64,000 nucleotides of DNA from Thermodesulfobacteriota bacterium (GCA_963422265.1 OY729416.1:1152001-1216000), one strand, 5' to 3'; positions 21,849 to 31,284 are shown, numbered from the stretch's first letter. The notes: generated from the sequence alone by a model not told the origin. Program-made: numbers and translations.

Positions 21849-23045
21849 TTGATTAAACTATCCGCTCGCGCAGAAAGATTGCAGCCCTCGGCCACCCTTA
21901 CAATTACGGCAAAGGCAAAAGCTCTGAAGTCACAGGGAATAGACGTTATAGGCTTCGGTGCTGGTGAGCCTGATTTTGACAGCCCCAATCACGTTAAAGA
22001 AAGTGCTATTAAGGCTATAGAGGACGGCATCACTAAATATACTGCCGTAGGAGGTATAGACGAGCTTAAGGACGCGATACTCAAGCGCATGAATAAGGAC
22101 TATGGTCTTGAATATGAAAGATCCGAGCTAATTACATCAGTTGGGGCAAAGCATACGCTCTATAATATCGCCCAGGTGCTTTTCGATACGGGCGATGAAG
22201 TGATTATACCAGCTCCCTACTGGGTTTCTTATCCCGAGCAGGTAAGACTCGCTGGGGCGCGACCCGTCATACTGCAAACTCAAGAAGAACAGGGGTTTAG
22301 GATTAACGTCTTGCGGTTAAAGGCTGAGATCAATCCAAATACCAAAGCCCTTATCCTAAACTATCCCTCTAACCCAACGGGGACGACTTATGATGAAGCC
22401 GCACTAAGGGCAGTAGTCGACGTAGCGATGGACGCGGGGCTAATAATTATTTCAGACGAAATTTACGACAAGATAACTTACGCCGGTGTTAAACACGTCC
22501 CAGTCGCCACACTGGGCGCGGACGTCAAAAAAGCAACTATTCTCGTAAATGGGGTTTCAAAAACCTACTCTATGACCGGCTGGAGAATAGGATACGCCGT
22601 CGGCGACAAACAGGTAATAAGCGCTATGAGCAAGCTGCAGGGACAGTCAACTTCTAATCCGACTTCAATCTCCCAATGGGCGGCGGTCGCAGCCTTTACC
22701 GAATCCCAGGACGTTATATACGATAGAACGAGGGAGTTTGAGAATAGAAAGAACTACGTAGTGGACAGGTTAAATTCTATTGACGGCATAAACTGTTTTG
22801 ACCCACAAGGGGCTTTCTATGCCTTCCCAAACGTATCGGGCTACTTTGGAAAAGCATATAAAGGCAAGATGATAAGCGACTCGCTTGACTTTACGGAGTT
22901 CTTACTAGATGAAGCCAAAGTCGCCGTGGTGCCGGGCGTTGCCTTTGGGTCGGACAACTACATCAGAATATCCTATGCGACCTCAATGGATGATATTAAA
23001 GAAGGGCTCGATAGAGTGGAACAAGCCCTTAATAAGCTCGCTTAA
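21849..23045 (+). CDS. PLP-dependent class I/II aminotransferase (aspartate aminotransferase-like)
   Basis: GEPDF, PYWVSY, PSNPTG, SDEIY, SKTYSMTGWRIG, IRISYA. Confidence 0.95.
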   Translation: MIKLSARAERLQPSATLTITAKAKALKSQGIDVIGFGAGEPDFDSPNHVKESAIKAIEDGITKYTAVGGIDELKDAILKRMNKDYGLEYERSELITSVGAKHTLYNIAQVLFDTGDEVIIPAPYWVSYPEQVRLAGARPVILQTQEEQGFRINVLRLKAEINPNTKALILNYPSNPTGTTYDEAALRAVVDVAMDAGLIIISDEIYDKITYAGVKHVPVATLGADVKKATILVNGVSKTYSMTGWRIGYAVGDKQVISAMSKLQGQSTSNPTSISQWAAVAAFTESQDVIYDRTREFENRKNYVVDRLNSIDGINCFDPQGAFYAFPNVSGYFGKAYKGKMISDSLDFTEFLLDEAKVAVVPGVAFGSDNYIRISYATSMDDIKEGLDRVEQALNKLA

Positions 23046-23109
23046 AGGGCACACTCAAAAAATTTCCCTTTCCCCCCCCCTACTTCATAATTTTCCCCAG
23101 TCCTACGGG

Positions 23110-24327
23110 ATGATTGCAATGAGGATGATAATAAGGCTAGGTATTCCAATATCACTGACGGGTAGATACTCAATACAAGGTAGGGAGAGTTTTGAGGGGC
23201 TCAACCTATGGGTTTCATATGTAAATAAATCGGGAGGAATCTTTGTCAAAGAGCTTGATGCGAGACTTCCTATTGAGCTTATTTATTTTGATGATGAAAG
23301 CTCCGAAGCCAATTGCATAGAAATCACGAAGAGACTAATTTCTAAGGAGAAGGTAGATATTTTACTGGGACCCTACTCTAGCTCGCTTGCTCTGGCTGCA
23401 TCTAGGGTTGCGGAGAATTACAGAAAAACGCTATGGAATCACGGTGGTTCTACGGATAAGATATTTAGATTGGGAAATAACGACAAGGTGAATTACGTTA
23501 TAAGCTCCATTACGCCTGCAAGCAAATATATGACGGGAGTAATAGATTTGATAAGAGCGACAAACCCGAGCGCAAATAAAATAGCGGCGTTCAGCGCCGA
23601 GAACAGCGGATTTTCACAAAACGTCGCTAAGGGAGCCAAAGTCTATGGGGAGCTAAATGGATTTGAGGTAAGGGAATACAAATACATATCGGGCGCAGGC
23701 AATTTTTCATCGCTTTTGAATGAGGCTCTAAATCATGAGCCTGATCTCATACTCGGAATGGGACGCGCTGAGGACGACGTTCAACTCGCCCGTCAAATAA
23801 CGGAAATAGGCAGGCGAGTAAATCACGCCTCTGAACCCCATACAATCGGGATTAGGGGTGGCGGCGGCGGGCACCGGCGAGCCATAGCGCTTGTCGTAGC
23901 TTCTATAAAGCTGTTTAAGGACGAGTTAAATGAAAACGTTCAGGGATATCTGTCACCAAGCCAGTGGGAAAGTGGAATAAATATAAATCCTGACCTGGGA
24001 CCCAAGCCCAGAGAGTTCACGGCTAATTTCAAATCGGCTTACGGGAAAGAACCTGACTACGTAGCGGCGCAGGGTTACAACGGTGGTCTTATAGTTCAGC
24101 GTTGTATAGAAACGTCTGGCTCTATCAAAGACTATATACTTAGGAGAACCGCCAAGAATAGCGAATTCAACACCTTTTACGGAGCTTTTAAGGTTGACCG
24201 GAATGGCAGACAAATCGGACACAAAATGCTAGTAATTCAATGGCAGAATGGAAGAAAAGTAATCGTCCACCCCAAATCATCAGCCGAAGGGGGATACGAA
24301 GCTACTCATAGTATTAGGAGTCTTTAA
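23110..24327 (+). CDS. Branched-chain amino acid ABC-type substrate-binding-like protein (orphan, no signal peptide seen)
   Basis: IRLGIPISLTGRY, YFDDESS, LLGPYSS, YGKEPDYVAAQGY, QWQNGRKVIVHP. Start moved to ATG 23110-23125 because the track start overlaps the aminotransferase. Confidence 0.82.
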   Translation: MIAMRMIIRLGIPISLTGRYSIQGRESFEGLNLWVSYVNKSGGIFVKELDARLPIELIYFDDESSEANCIEITKRLISKEKVDILLGPYSSSLALAASRVAENYRKTLWNHGGSTDKIFRLGNNDKVNYVISSITPASKYMTGVIDLIRATNPSANKIAAFSAENSGFSQNVAKGAKVYGELNGFEVREYKYISGAGNFSSLLNEALNHEPDLILGMGRAEDDVQLARQITEIGRRVNHASEPHTIGIRGGGGGHRRAIALVVASIKLFKDELNENVQGYLSPSQWESGININPDLGPKPREFTANFKSAYGKEPDYVAAQGYNGGLIVQRCIETSGSIKDYILRRTAKNSEFNTFYGAFKVDRNGRQIGHKMLVIQWQNGRKVIVHPKSSAEGGYEATHSIRSL

Positions 24328-24516
24328 CATAACTGGTAGATGCATATTCGGCACCAAATCACTATTAGCTTCCAATAGCTCGGGCACAACTACTTTCAGC
24401 AGGTACATAAGTTCATCTAACGTGTCAGCTCCTATGACCAATCCCGGCAAGTCTTCACTCTCGGCTATCCATTCATCTTCAATCCACTCAGCTTTAACTA
24501 TCAAATGGTCATCCAC
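24280..24516 (-). CDS. DUF1902 / HicB-like antitoxin-fold protein
   Basis: VKAEW...WIAESEDLPGLVIGADTLDELM..LK..VPELLEAN pattern; SD GGGAGGAG upstream of the GTG. Confidence 0.78.
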   Translation of the reverse strand: MDDHLIVKAEWIEDEWIAESEDLPGLVIGADTLDELMYLLKVVVPELLEANSDLVPNMHLPVMLKTPNTMSSFVSPFG

Positions 24517-24891
24517 GTCAATATCTTCCTCCCTCCCTCACTACTTAACTCTTAAACCACTCTCCTTTATACAAAGAAACAAGAGCCTCATCAAGGGGAT
24601 TCTAGGCAAAAGCTCTTCTTTAGCTTGCCTAACTTTTACAACTATAAGAACGTGTATCAAATCTATACACGCCAGTATAACCGCCAAGATGGTTTGGCAT
24701 GATTGGAAAGATGGTTTGGCACGGAGTTGTGCGTGGCTCGTTGTGCTAAGGTGGCTAGAATTAAGTAACCAGCTTAATTTTAATAGGTATTTATCTACCA
24801 CTTAAAGGGCTTTTAAAGTGAGCTTAATATAACTGTGAAAGAGGTCTTAATGCCTTTTACGAGGGGGTTAATTGCACCTTACTTAATTCAT

Positions 24892-25554
24892 TTATTCCCA
24901 TATTTTCTGATCATGGACGTCAAACATTAGTAGTTCTTCTATAGTTTTCGTTGTCATTTCAGTTTTAAGCTGATTATATTGTTGGATAATTTTAGCCCTT
25001 TTAGTAGCGTGAATATCGTCTAGAGCCACAGCGTCTGGGTCGCCTTCTAATTTCCGTATTTTATGTAGTAGGTATTTTTCATATCCCTTTTTTCCTTCCT
25101 CAAAGCCGAAGAGTAGGCATATTTGTCTCTTTTTTTCATCGTAGATTGTGGTAGATAGTTCGGTTCTTTTATCTGCTAGTTTCTGTTGCTCCGCTGCCTG
25201 TATGATCTCTTCAAAAGTTGGTTTATTCTCAATATTGAGGGCATCCCAGTCAGCTTTGTTGAGTGGTTCTTTGTTTGCGATGTCTAGGTCTTCGTAATCA
25301 TCCATCATCTCTTTGAACAGGAATCCCTGACGAGCAAAAAAGACGGTTCCTGCATCCTCAAGTGCCTCCCACGTGGGTTTGTGGACAGGTGGTGGAAACA
25401 ATACCTTATTCCACGTTGCCTCGTCCATATCTGGAGAGTCTATATCTATCTCTGGTTCGCTGCTGCCTCTTGCGCGTTGGATGGCGAGGTGAATTTCTTG
25501 GGTGTATTGTATTCCCAGTTTTTGAAGTCCTGTGTATAGAGAAAAGCGTATCAT
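24892..25554 (-). CDS. Phage tail-associated protein, putative tail fibre assembly chaperone
   Basis: ATGA-coupled to the tail gene; two W..-KPT(W/F)E repeats; helical C-terminus ending IEELLMFDVHDQKIWE. Confidence 0.55.
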   Translation of the reverse strand: MIRFSLYTGLQKLGIQYTQEIHLAIQRARGSSEPEIDIDSPDMDEATWNKVLFPPPVHKPTWEALEDAGTVFFARQGFLFKEMMDDYEDLDIANKEPLNKADWDALNIENKPTFEEIIQAAEQQKLADKRTELSTTIYDEKKRQICLLFGFEEGKKGYEKYLLHKIRKLEGDPDAVALDDIHATKRAKIIQQYNQLKTEMTTKTIEELLMFDVHDQKIWE

Positions 25555-27397
25555 GGCGATTTCAGTCCTATCATTTGCAGTATGACTCCCTCTTTAGAAT
25601 CACTATCAAGACGAACTCTTTGCATATAAATAGACCAGTCTAATGATGGATTGGCAGCGATAGCAAGATCAAATTCGGCGTTTTCTGCGGTGCTGGCAGG
25701 CACATAAACAAGTTGTTTCGTAATATCATACCAACTAGTTACGAGTGTTTTGTCTTTCCCAGTCCCCACCCATTCTTTCTTATAGCTCTCTCCAATTTTT
25801 ATATTCCACCTATCATAACTATTATAATTCAGTATAGAGTTGGTGGGGACTTCAATGCTTCCAATATAAACATTGCCTGAGCTAAAAAACGCTACGCAGA
25901 TCAGCAAGGAATCGAAACGAGCTGTAAAGTTACTTCCACGTTTCCAGGGGGCTTTTAATGTAATTCTTCTCCAAGTGCTCCGTTCAATAAATGGGGCATT
26001 GAAGCGTTCTTTCCTATCACTTCTATAATAGACGAATCTGTTTGATAATATATTTGCAGAGAATAGCAGGGCAGCATTACGGACGTTTGAGTCTATATTT
26101 CCTGCCCGCAGGGTGCCTTTTACGGTTGCAGAGCCGAGGTCAATTGAGCCGGAGGACATGTGAGAGGCAGTTATAGCGTCTGCCTGTATATGTTCTGCTA
26201 ACACCTGATTTGCCCCTATTTTGCTGGATGTCACGGCACCTGCTTTTATCTGCAGGGCGGTAACGGCTCCAGTGCTGATTTTATCTGCGGTAACAGAGTT
26301 AGAGTTAAGCTTTGGAGTAGAAATACTTCCATCTTGGATTTCAGTTGATGTAATTGCTCCTCTGGCGATTCCAGTTTGATATTCCCACGGCCTCCACTGG
26401 TTTTTGTCGTTTTTCTCTTTTCCCCGGTAGTACGTTTTTCCATCCCAGAACTGTGTTGCAAACTGTCTATTTGCGCCCGCAAATGTCATTATCATCCCTG
26501 GAACACGATTAGGAGCCCCTGTTGCGCTGGAAGGGTAATTGTAAATTGTTCCGTCTTTCAGGTTGTTGAGATTGTTGGTGGTGTCCAGCCCTGCTCTTGC
26601 TTCTGTGATTACGGTTTCTGGGATTTCCACTTCGGGGACGCTGCCAGCTATTCCGGCGACCAGAGCTGTCCAATCGCTAGCTGTGCCTGATGCGTGTATT
26701 GCACGCACTCGTGCGTAGCGAGTGACACCTGCGTTAGCAGTTAGATTAAAGATAGGATTATCACCTTTGTAGAAGCTTTGGACAGTAACTCTGCTGCCTC
26801 CGAGTTTAGCTGTCAGAATCTCTATCTCGTGCCTCACGATGTCCTGCGAGGTGCTGTTTTTCCATTGCCACCGAATTACATCTATATTAGAGGTGCTGCG
26901 CAGGTTAGTTGGTGGATTTACAGTTACAATCTTGACATTCGTAGTGGTAGTGGAAGCTAGCCCTCTTATCTGGCCTGTAAGATTCAGTGCGTGGACGCGG
27001 AAGTCAAAGCCGACGTTGGGCATGACCCCCTCAGAGATACGGACTGAGCTACCTTTATATGTGCCGACCTCTCGGTAGGCAGACACGTCTTCTGTTGTCC
27101 GTTTCATCTCTACAACTGCCCCTCCGTAGTTTCTTTCAGGTGGGTTCCACGACAGGTCAATCCATGCGATAATCCCTTCTCCAGAGGTGCTAACGCTGAG
27201 CGTAGCAGAGAGGTTGGCGACTGGGGCAGGATGTGTGTGTTCGTAGTCTGGTGGGATGTCAAACTGTTTGTCCACAGGCAGCTGTGCCGATGGCTCGTAT
27301 GTAAAAGCATCTGCTGAATAGGGCACTAATGTCAATGACTGCGTACCAGCTATGCGGTGTTTGGATGCGACAACCTCCCAGTTGCCTTTCTCTCCGA
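25551..27397 (-). pseudogene. 5'-truncated phage tail tip / host-specificity (gpJ-like) gene; C-terminal ~615 codons remain open
   Basis: Two Fn3-like domains (IDLSWNPP..FDFRVHALN; IRWQWKN..RYARVRAIHASG), a tail-fibre knob-like module, 10-residue repeats (SVTADKISTG, AVTALQIKAG...), then a C-terminal domain. The 5' end runs into Fic-derived DNA. Confidence 0.75.
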
Positions 27398-27399
27398 GT

Positions 27400-28023
27400 G
27401 AGCAGTTCATTAACAATAAGCGATCCTGTTCCTTGTACCCCCTGATAAAAATGGTGCTGATTCACCATCAGTTTGAAAGCATACATCCTTTTTATGATGG
27501 CAATGGTAGAGTCGGACGCGTTATCAATATCCTCTACCTAGTTATGAATCAATTACTTGACACTCCTATTCTATGTCTCAGCCGTTACATTAACCATAAT
27601 AAGGAAGACTATTATCGACTATTGCAAGAGGTGCGAGATGAAGATAAATGGGAAGAATGGGTTGTCTATATGCTTGAAGGCGTCTCAATGACAGCGCAAA
27701 GCACCCTGTCATTGATAGAGAAGATTAAGATTTTATTGCACGAGCAAAAACACAACATTTGCAACAATTATCCGAGGATATACAGCCAGGATTTACTTAA
27801 CAACCTATTTAAGAATCCTTACACCAAAATCCAACTACTCGTGAGAGAGTTGAAGATATCACGAGCAACGGCTACGCGCTACTTGTAAACCTTAACCGAT
27901 ATGGACATTCTGGAAAAGCGAAGACTGGGGCGAGAAAATTATTACCTCAACAAAAAACTGATTGATCTGTTATTTAACATTCCTCGGATAGACAAAGTAG
28001 AGGACATCGTACCCGCAGATTAA
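27400..28023 (+). pseudogene. Fic-family AMPylase (Fic + C-terminal HTH), 5'-truncated with internal nonsense codon
   Basis: EQFINN..PLIKMVLIHHQFESIHPFYDGNGRVGR Fic motif; TAA at 27886-27888 interrupts the HTH, and the frame continues TLTDMDILEKRRLGRENYYLNKKLIDLL to a stop at 28023. Confidence 0.88.
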
Positions 28024-28035
28024 AGCGTACTGAAA

Positions 28036-28101
28036 ATGACCAAAGAAATAATCAAACAGCAAGACGTGAACAACGCTGTGTGGAAGCAGTCCACTGATTG
28101 A
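28036..28101 (+). pseudogene. Stub resembling the N-terminus of a type I restriction-modification M subunit
   Basis: MTKEIIKQQDVNNAVWK resembles the HsdM start (..I.Q..IN...W.ACD.FRG), then diverges and stops; lies 12 bp after Fic. Confidence 0.5.
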
Positions 28102-28257
28102 AGCAACACAAGAAAATCTGCGCTTTTCACCTGCGTAATCCGCGGATATAATTAAAAGAAAGCATAGGCTGGAAATGGCGTTGGCTTAAAAGCTCAAGAG
28201 TAACAAATACTACCTAAATAACTAGCGTTGTTACCATCAAAAAGGCACTTAGTCATA

Positions 28258-29010
28258 ATGACTGATATTGAAGAGAAAATATCTAAAGCTAGGGAGAAAG
28301 TAGGGGGTGCTTCTAATATAGTGGTTCTCACAGGGGCGGGTATTTCCGCTGAGAGTGGCGTGCCTACGTTCAGGGGACAGAAAGGACTCTGGGAGAACGT
28401 TAAACCCGAAGAGTTCGCCACACCCGAAGCATTTTGGAGAGATCCAAAACTAGTGTGGGAATGGTATGATTGGAGAAGGAAGGTCATGAAGGAAGCAAAG
28501 CCCAATCCCGGACATTACGCCCTCGCTGAGCTTGAGAGTCTGAAAGGCGGGCTCACCCTAATAACGCAGAATATAGACGGGCTTCACCAGATGGCTGGCA
28601 GTGGAAACGTTACAGAGATACACGGTAACATTTGGCAGATTAGATGCACTAAGTGCGGCAAGATAGAGGAAAATCATAAGGTTCCCCTAACGGAGTTGCC
28701 GCCTACGTGCGGATCGTGCGGGGAGCTAGGAAGACCAAACGTCGTCTGGTTCGGAGAGAACATACCGATGGAAGTAATAGATCAATCCCTTGGAGCTATA
28801 GAGGAATGCGACGTTATACTAATCGTGGGCACTTCGGGCATCGTTGAGCCTGCCGCCTCTATGGGTCTGGTGGCAAAGCAAACTGGCAAGACAGTCATCG
28901 AAATAAATCTTGAGCCAACCCATAACTCTCCGTTATACGACCTGACGATACAGGGCAAGTCCGGCGATATACTGCCGTTGCTATATACTTCCGCCGCCAC
29001 GTATAGCTGA
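28258..29010 (+). CDS. cobB: NAD-dependent protein deacylase (sirtuin, class III)
   Basis: LTGAGISAESGVPTFRG, WEWYDWRR, TQNIDGLH, HG, CTKC/CGSC zinc site, RPNVVWFGE, VGTSG. Confidence 0.95.
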   Translation: MTDIEEKISKAREKVGGASNIVVLTGAGISAESGVPTFRGQKGLWENVKPEEFATPEAFWRDPKLVWEWYDWRRKVMKEAKPNPGHYALAELESLKGGLTLITQNIDGLHQMAGSGNVTEIHGNIWQIRCTKCGKIEENHKVPLTELPPTCGSCGELGRPNVVWFGENIPMEVIDQSLGAIEECDVILIVGTSGIVEPAASMGLVAKQTGKTVIEINLEPTHNSPLYDLTIQGKSGDILPLLYTSAATYS

Positions 29011-29024
29011 GCAATAGCGTTTAA

Positions 29025-30008
29025 TCATTTATCTGTGAAAACAGACACCGGCGTTCGCCGTTTATTCCTGACAAGCTTGGCAGCTAGCTTTATAGCGGCA
29101 GCCATGCTTGAAGGGTCGGCTTTTCCTTCCCATGCAATATCAAACGCCGTTCCGTGGTCGGGAGAGGTCCTTATTATGGGCAATCCCAGCGTAACGTTCA
29201 CTCCTTTATCAAAGGAGAGCATCTTAAAAGGGATCAGCCCCTGATCGTGATACATCGCCACGACGGCGTCCCACTCACCGCGGTTAGCATAGTAGAACAA
29301 GGTATCAGCGGGCAACGGTCCTGTAACGTCAATCCCTAATTCTTTCGCCTCTTTAACTGCAGGGATAATGTGAAGTATTTCCTCGTTCCCAAATACCCCT
29401 GATTCTCCAGCGTGTGGGTTCAAACCGCACACTGCGATTTTAGGCTTAGATACGTTAAATAGATTCACGAGCGAAGAGTGCGCGATTTGAATAGTAGAAA
29501 ACACCCTCTCCTGCGTAACCAGCGCTGGCACGTCTGATAGTGCACAGTGTATCGTCACCAATACAACGCGGAAGTTTCCACCTTCAAACATCATGACGGC
29601 GCTATCGGTTCCGGTCAGCTCCTGGAGCATTTCAGTGTGCCCCGGATGCTTCGACCCAGCCATATTAATAGACTCTTTACTAATAGGTGCCGTAACTACG
29701 GCGTCTATTTCTTTAGCAATAGCCGAGCGGACGGCTTTCTCTATGTAGGATAAGCTCGCCTGCCCCGCAAGGGCAGCAACGTGTCCGCACTTGATGTGTC
29801 TTCCCTTAAAGTTAGGAATTTCTACAAGCTCTAAATCAAGACCTAATCCCGTGATCCTCTCCGCTTCATCAATTATTTCACGGCTGCCGTATATTAGTAC
29901 CCTGCAAGCATTGCGAACCTCGATAAGGCTCACAGCCTTAAGGACAACCTCGGCACCTATCCCATTCGGATCTCCAATCGTAATACCGATTCTCGGCCTA
30001 TCATCCAT
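29025..30008 (-). CDS. pdxA: 4-hydroxythreonine-4-phosphate dehydrogenase
   Basis: GDPNGIGAE, TAPISKE, GHTE, GLNPHAGE, AMYHDQGL, RTSPDHGTAFDIA. Confidence 0.97.
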   Translation of the reverse strand: MDDRPRIGITIGDPNGIGAEVVLKAVSLIEVRNACRVLIYGSREIIDEAERITGLGLDLELVEIPNFKGRHIKCGHVAALAGQASLSYIEKAVRSAIAKEIDAVVTAPISKESINMAGSKHPGHTEMLQELTGTDSAVMMFEGGNFRVVLVTIHCALSDVPALVTQERVFSTIQIAHSSLVNLFNVSKPKIAVCGLNPHAGESGVFGNEEILHIIPAVKEAKELGIDVTGPLPADTLFYYANRGEWDAVVAMYHDQGLIPFKMLSFDKGVNVTLGLPIIRTSPDHGTAFDIAWEGKADPSSMAAAIKLAAKLVRNKRRTPVSVFTDK

Positions 30009-30014
30009 ATCCCT

Positions 30015-30797
30015 TCACGCGCCTGCGACGGTACTGATCCGTTCAAGTCCAAAGAGCCTGTCCGCATTAGCCGTGGTTATATCCGCTATTTCCTCAAATG
30101 ACGTCCCCCTAACCCCTGCAATCGTCTCGGCAATGTATTTAACGTAAGCGGGCTCATTCGCCCTTCGTCTAAATGGCTCGGGCGTGAGATAGGGAGAGTC
30201 GGTCTCTATCAGTATTTTGTCCTTAGGGATTTTTTTCGCCGCATCTCTTATCTCTTCTGACTTCTTAAAGGTTACTATCCCTGAGAACGAAATGTAAAAA
30301 CCTAGCTCTAGGTATTTTCTAGCGGTTTCATAGCCACCAGTAAAACAGTGAATAACGCCGCCTCTGTCGGATAGACTTTCCCGCTTTAGTATAGCTACAA
30401 GATCGCTTTCAGCCTCTCTTACGTGCAGAACAATCGGCAGATTCGCCTCCCTTGCAAGCTTTATGTGCCTAACCAGAGATCCAATCTGAACCTCCCTTTC
30501 AGAATTCATATAGTAGTAGTCAAGGCCAGTTTCACCTATAGCCACGACTTTGCGGTTATTCAAGAGATTTCTAAACTCTCCTATAATTTGAGGATTTGTG
30601 ATTGATGCATTGTGCGGGTGAACGCCCACCGTAGCGAATACCACTTCTTCTCTATTGGCAAGTGAGATGGTATTTTGGGATGACTCTAGGTCCGACGCGA
30701 TTGAAACTATCTTTCTTACGCCTTCATCATACGCTCTTTTCAATACTTCCTGTAAATTTTCTAGTGAAACTAAGTGGGCATGACTATCCGTAAGCAT
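30015..30797 (-). CDS. tatD: TatD-family DNase
   Basis: DSHAHL, GVHPH, AIGETGLDY, LHVRE, IHCFTG, ETDSPYL; start set at ATG 30797. Confidence 0.93.
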   Translation of the reverse strand: MLTDSHAHLVSLENLQEVLKRAYDEGVRKIVSIASDLESSQNTISLANREEVVFATVGVHPHNASITNPQIIGEFRNLLNNRKVVAIGETGLDYYYMNSEREVQIGSLVRHIKLAREANLPIVLHVREAESDLVAILKRESLSDRGGVIHCFTGGYETARKYLELGFYISFSGIVTFKKSEEIRDAAKKIPKDKILIETDSPYLTPEPFRRRANEPAYVKYIAETIAGVRGTSFEEIADITTANADRLFGLERISTVAGA

Positions 30798-30810
30798 CTC
30801 TGTCTTAACA

Positions 30811-31284
30811 TCACTTTCTATCGGGATATTTTTTGTCCTTAAGGATCCCTTTGAGTTCATTCATAAACTGATTTACGTCCTTAAACGACCTATAAACCGA
30901 CGCGAATCGGACGTAGGCGACCTCGTCAATTTCATAGAGCTTACTAATCACCATTTCACCGATTTTACTGCTTTCAATCTCCCTTTCGCCACTTTCCTGA
31001 AACTCCCTTTCCAGATTAGATACGAATCCCTCAATTACGTTAACGCTAACAGGTCTTTTCTCGCAAGCTTTTATCATTCCCGAGATAATTTTATTGCGGT
31101 TAAATGGTTCCCTCACTCCGTCCTTCTTTATAATCATCAATTCTACTTGCTCTACTCTCTCATAGGTTGTAAAGCGGCTCTTACAATCAAGGCATTCCCT
31201 CCGCCTTCTAATAGAACTCTCCTCCTTAGAGAGGCGCGAGTCAATAACCCTGCTTTCCAGTCCTGAACAGAATGGGCATTTCAT
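30811..31284 (-). CDS. nrdR: Transcriptional repressor NrdR
   Basis: MKCPFC..VIDSR..IRRRRECLDC..RFTTYE, ATP cone, VAYVRFASVY. Confidence 0.98.
   Translation of the reverse strand: MKCPFCSGLESRVIDSRLSKEESSIRRRRECLDCKSRFTTYERVEQVELMIIKKDGVREPFNRNKIISGMIKACEKRPVSVNVIEGFVSNLEREFQESGEREIESSKIGEMVISKLYEIDEVAYVRFASVYRSFKDVNQFMNELKGILKDKKYPDRK

Larger units (their letters stand above)
24280..28145. mobile_element. Decayed prophage/defence-island remnant (boundaries approximate)
   Basis: Phage tail and putative chaperone genes, Fic pseudogene, hsdM-like stub and antitoxin-like gene inserted among housekeeping genes; no integrase or att repeats seen. Confidence 0.65.

Noticed and set aside
22909-23109. 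N-terminal 67-aa extension of the binding protein in the ORF track
   Set aside because: Overlaps the aminotransferase by 137 bp in another frame and is not signal-peptide-like.
24715-24733. Sigma54 promoter TGGCACG...TGC
   Set aside because: GG to GC spacing is 11 nt rather than the required 10, and no + strand gene follows.
24892-27416. Diversity-generating retroelement, tail-fibre shufflon, tailocin or contractile injection system
   Set aside because: No reverse transcriptase, template/variable repeat pair, invertase, sheath, tube or baseplate genes seen.
24270-28200. attL/attR direct repeats bounding the phage remnant
   Set aside because: No convincing shared direct repeat found by eye at the two ends; a self dot-plot would be needed to exclude short ones.
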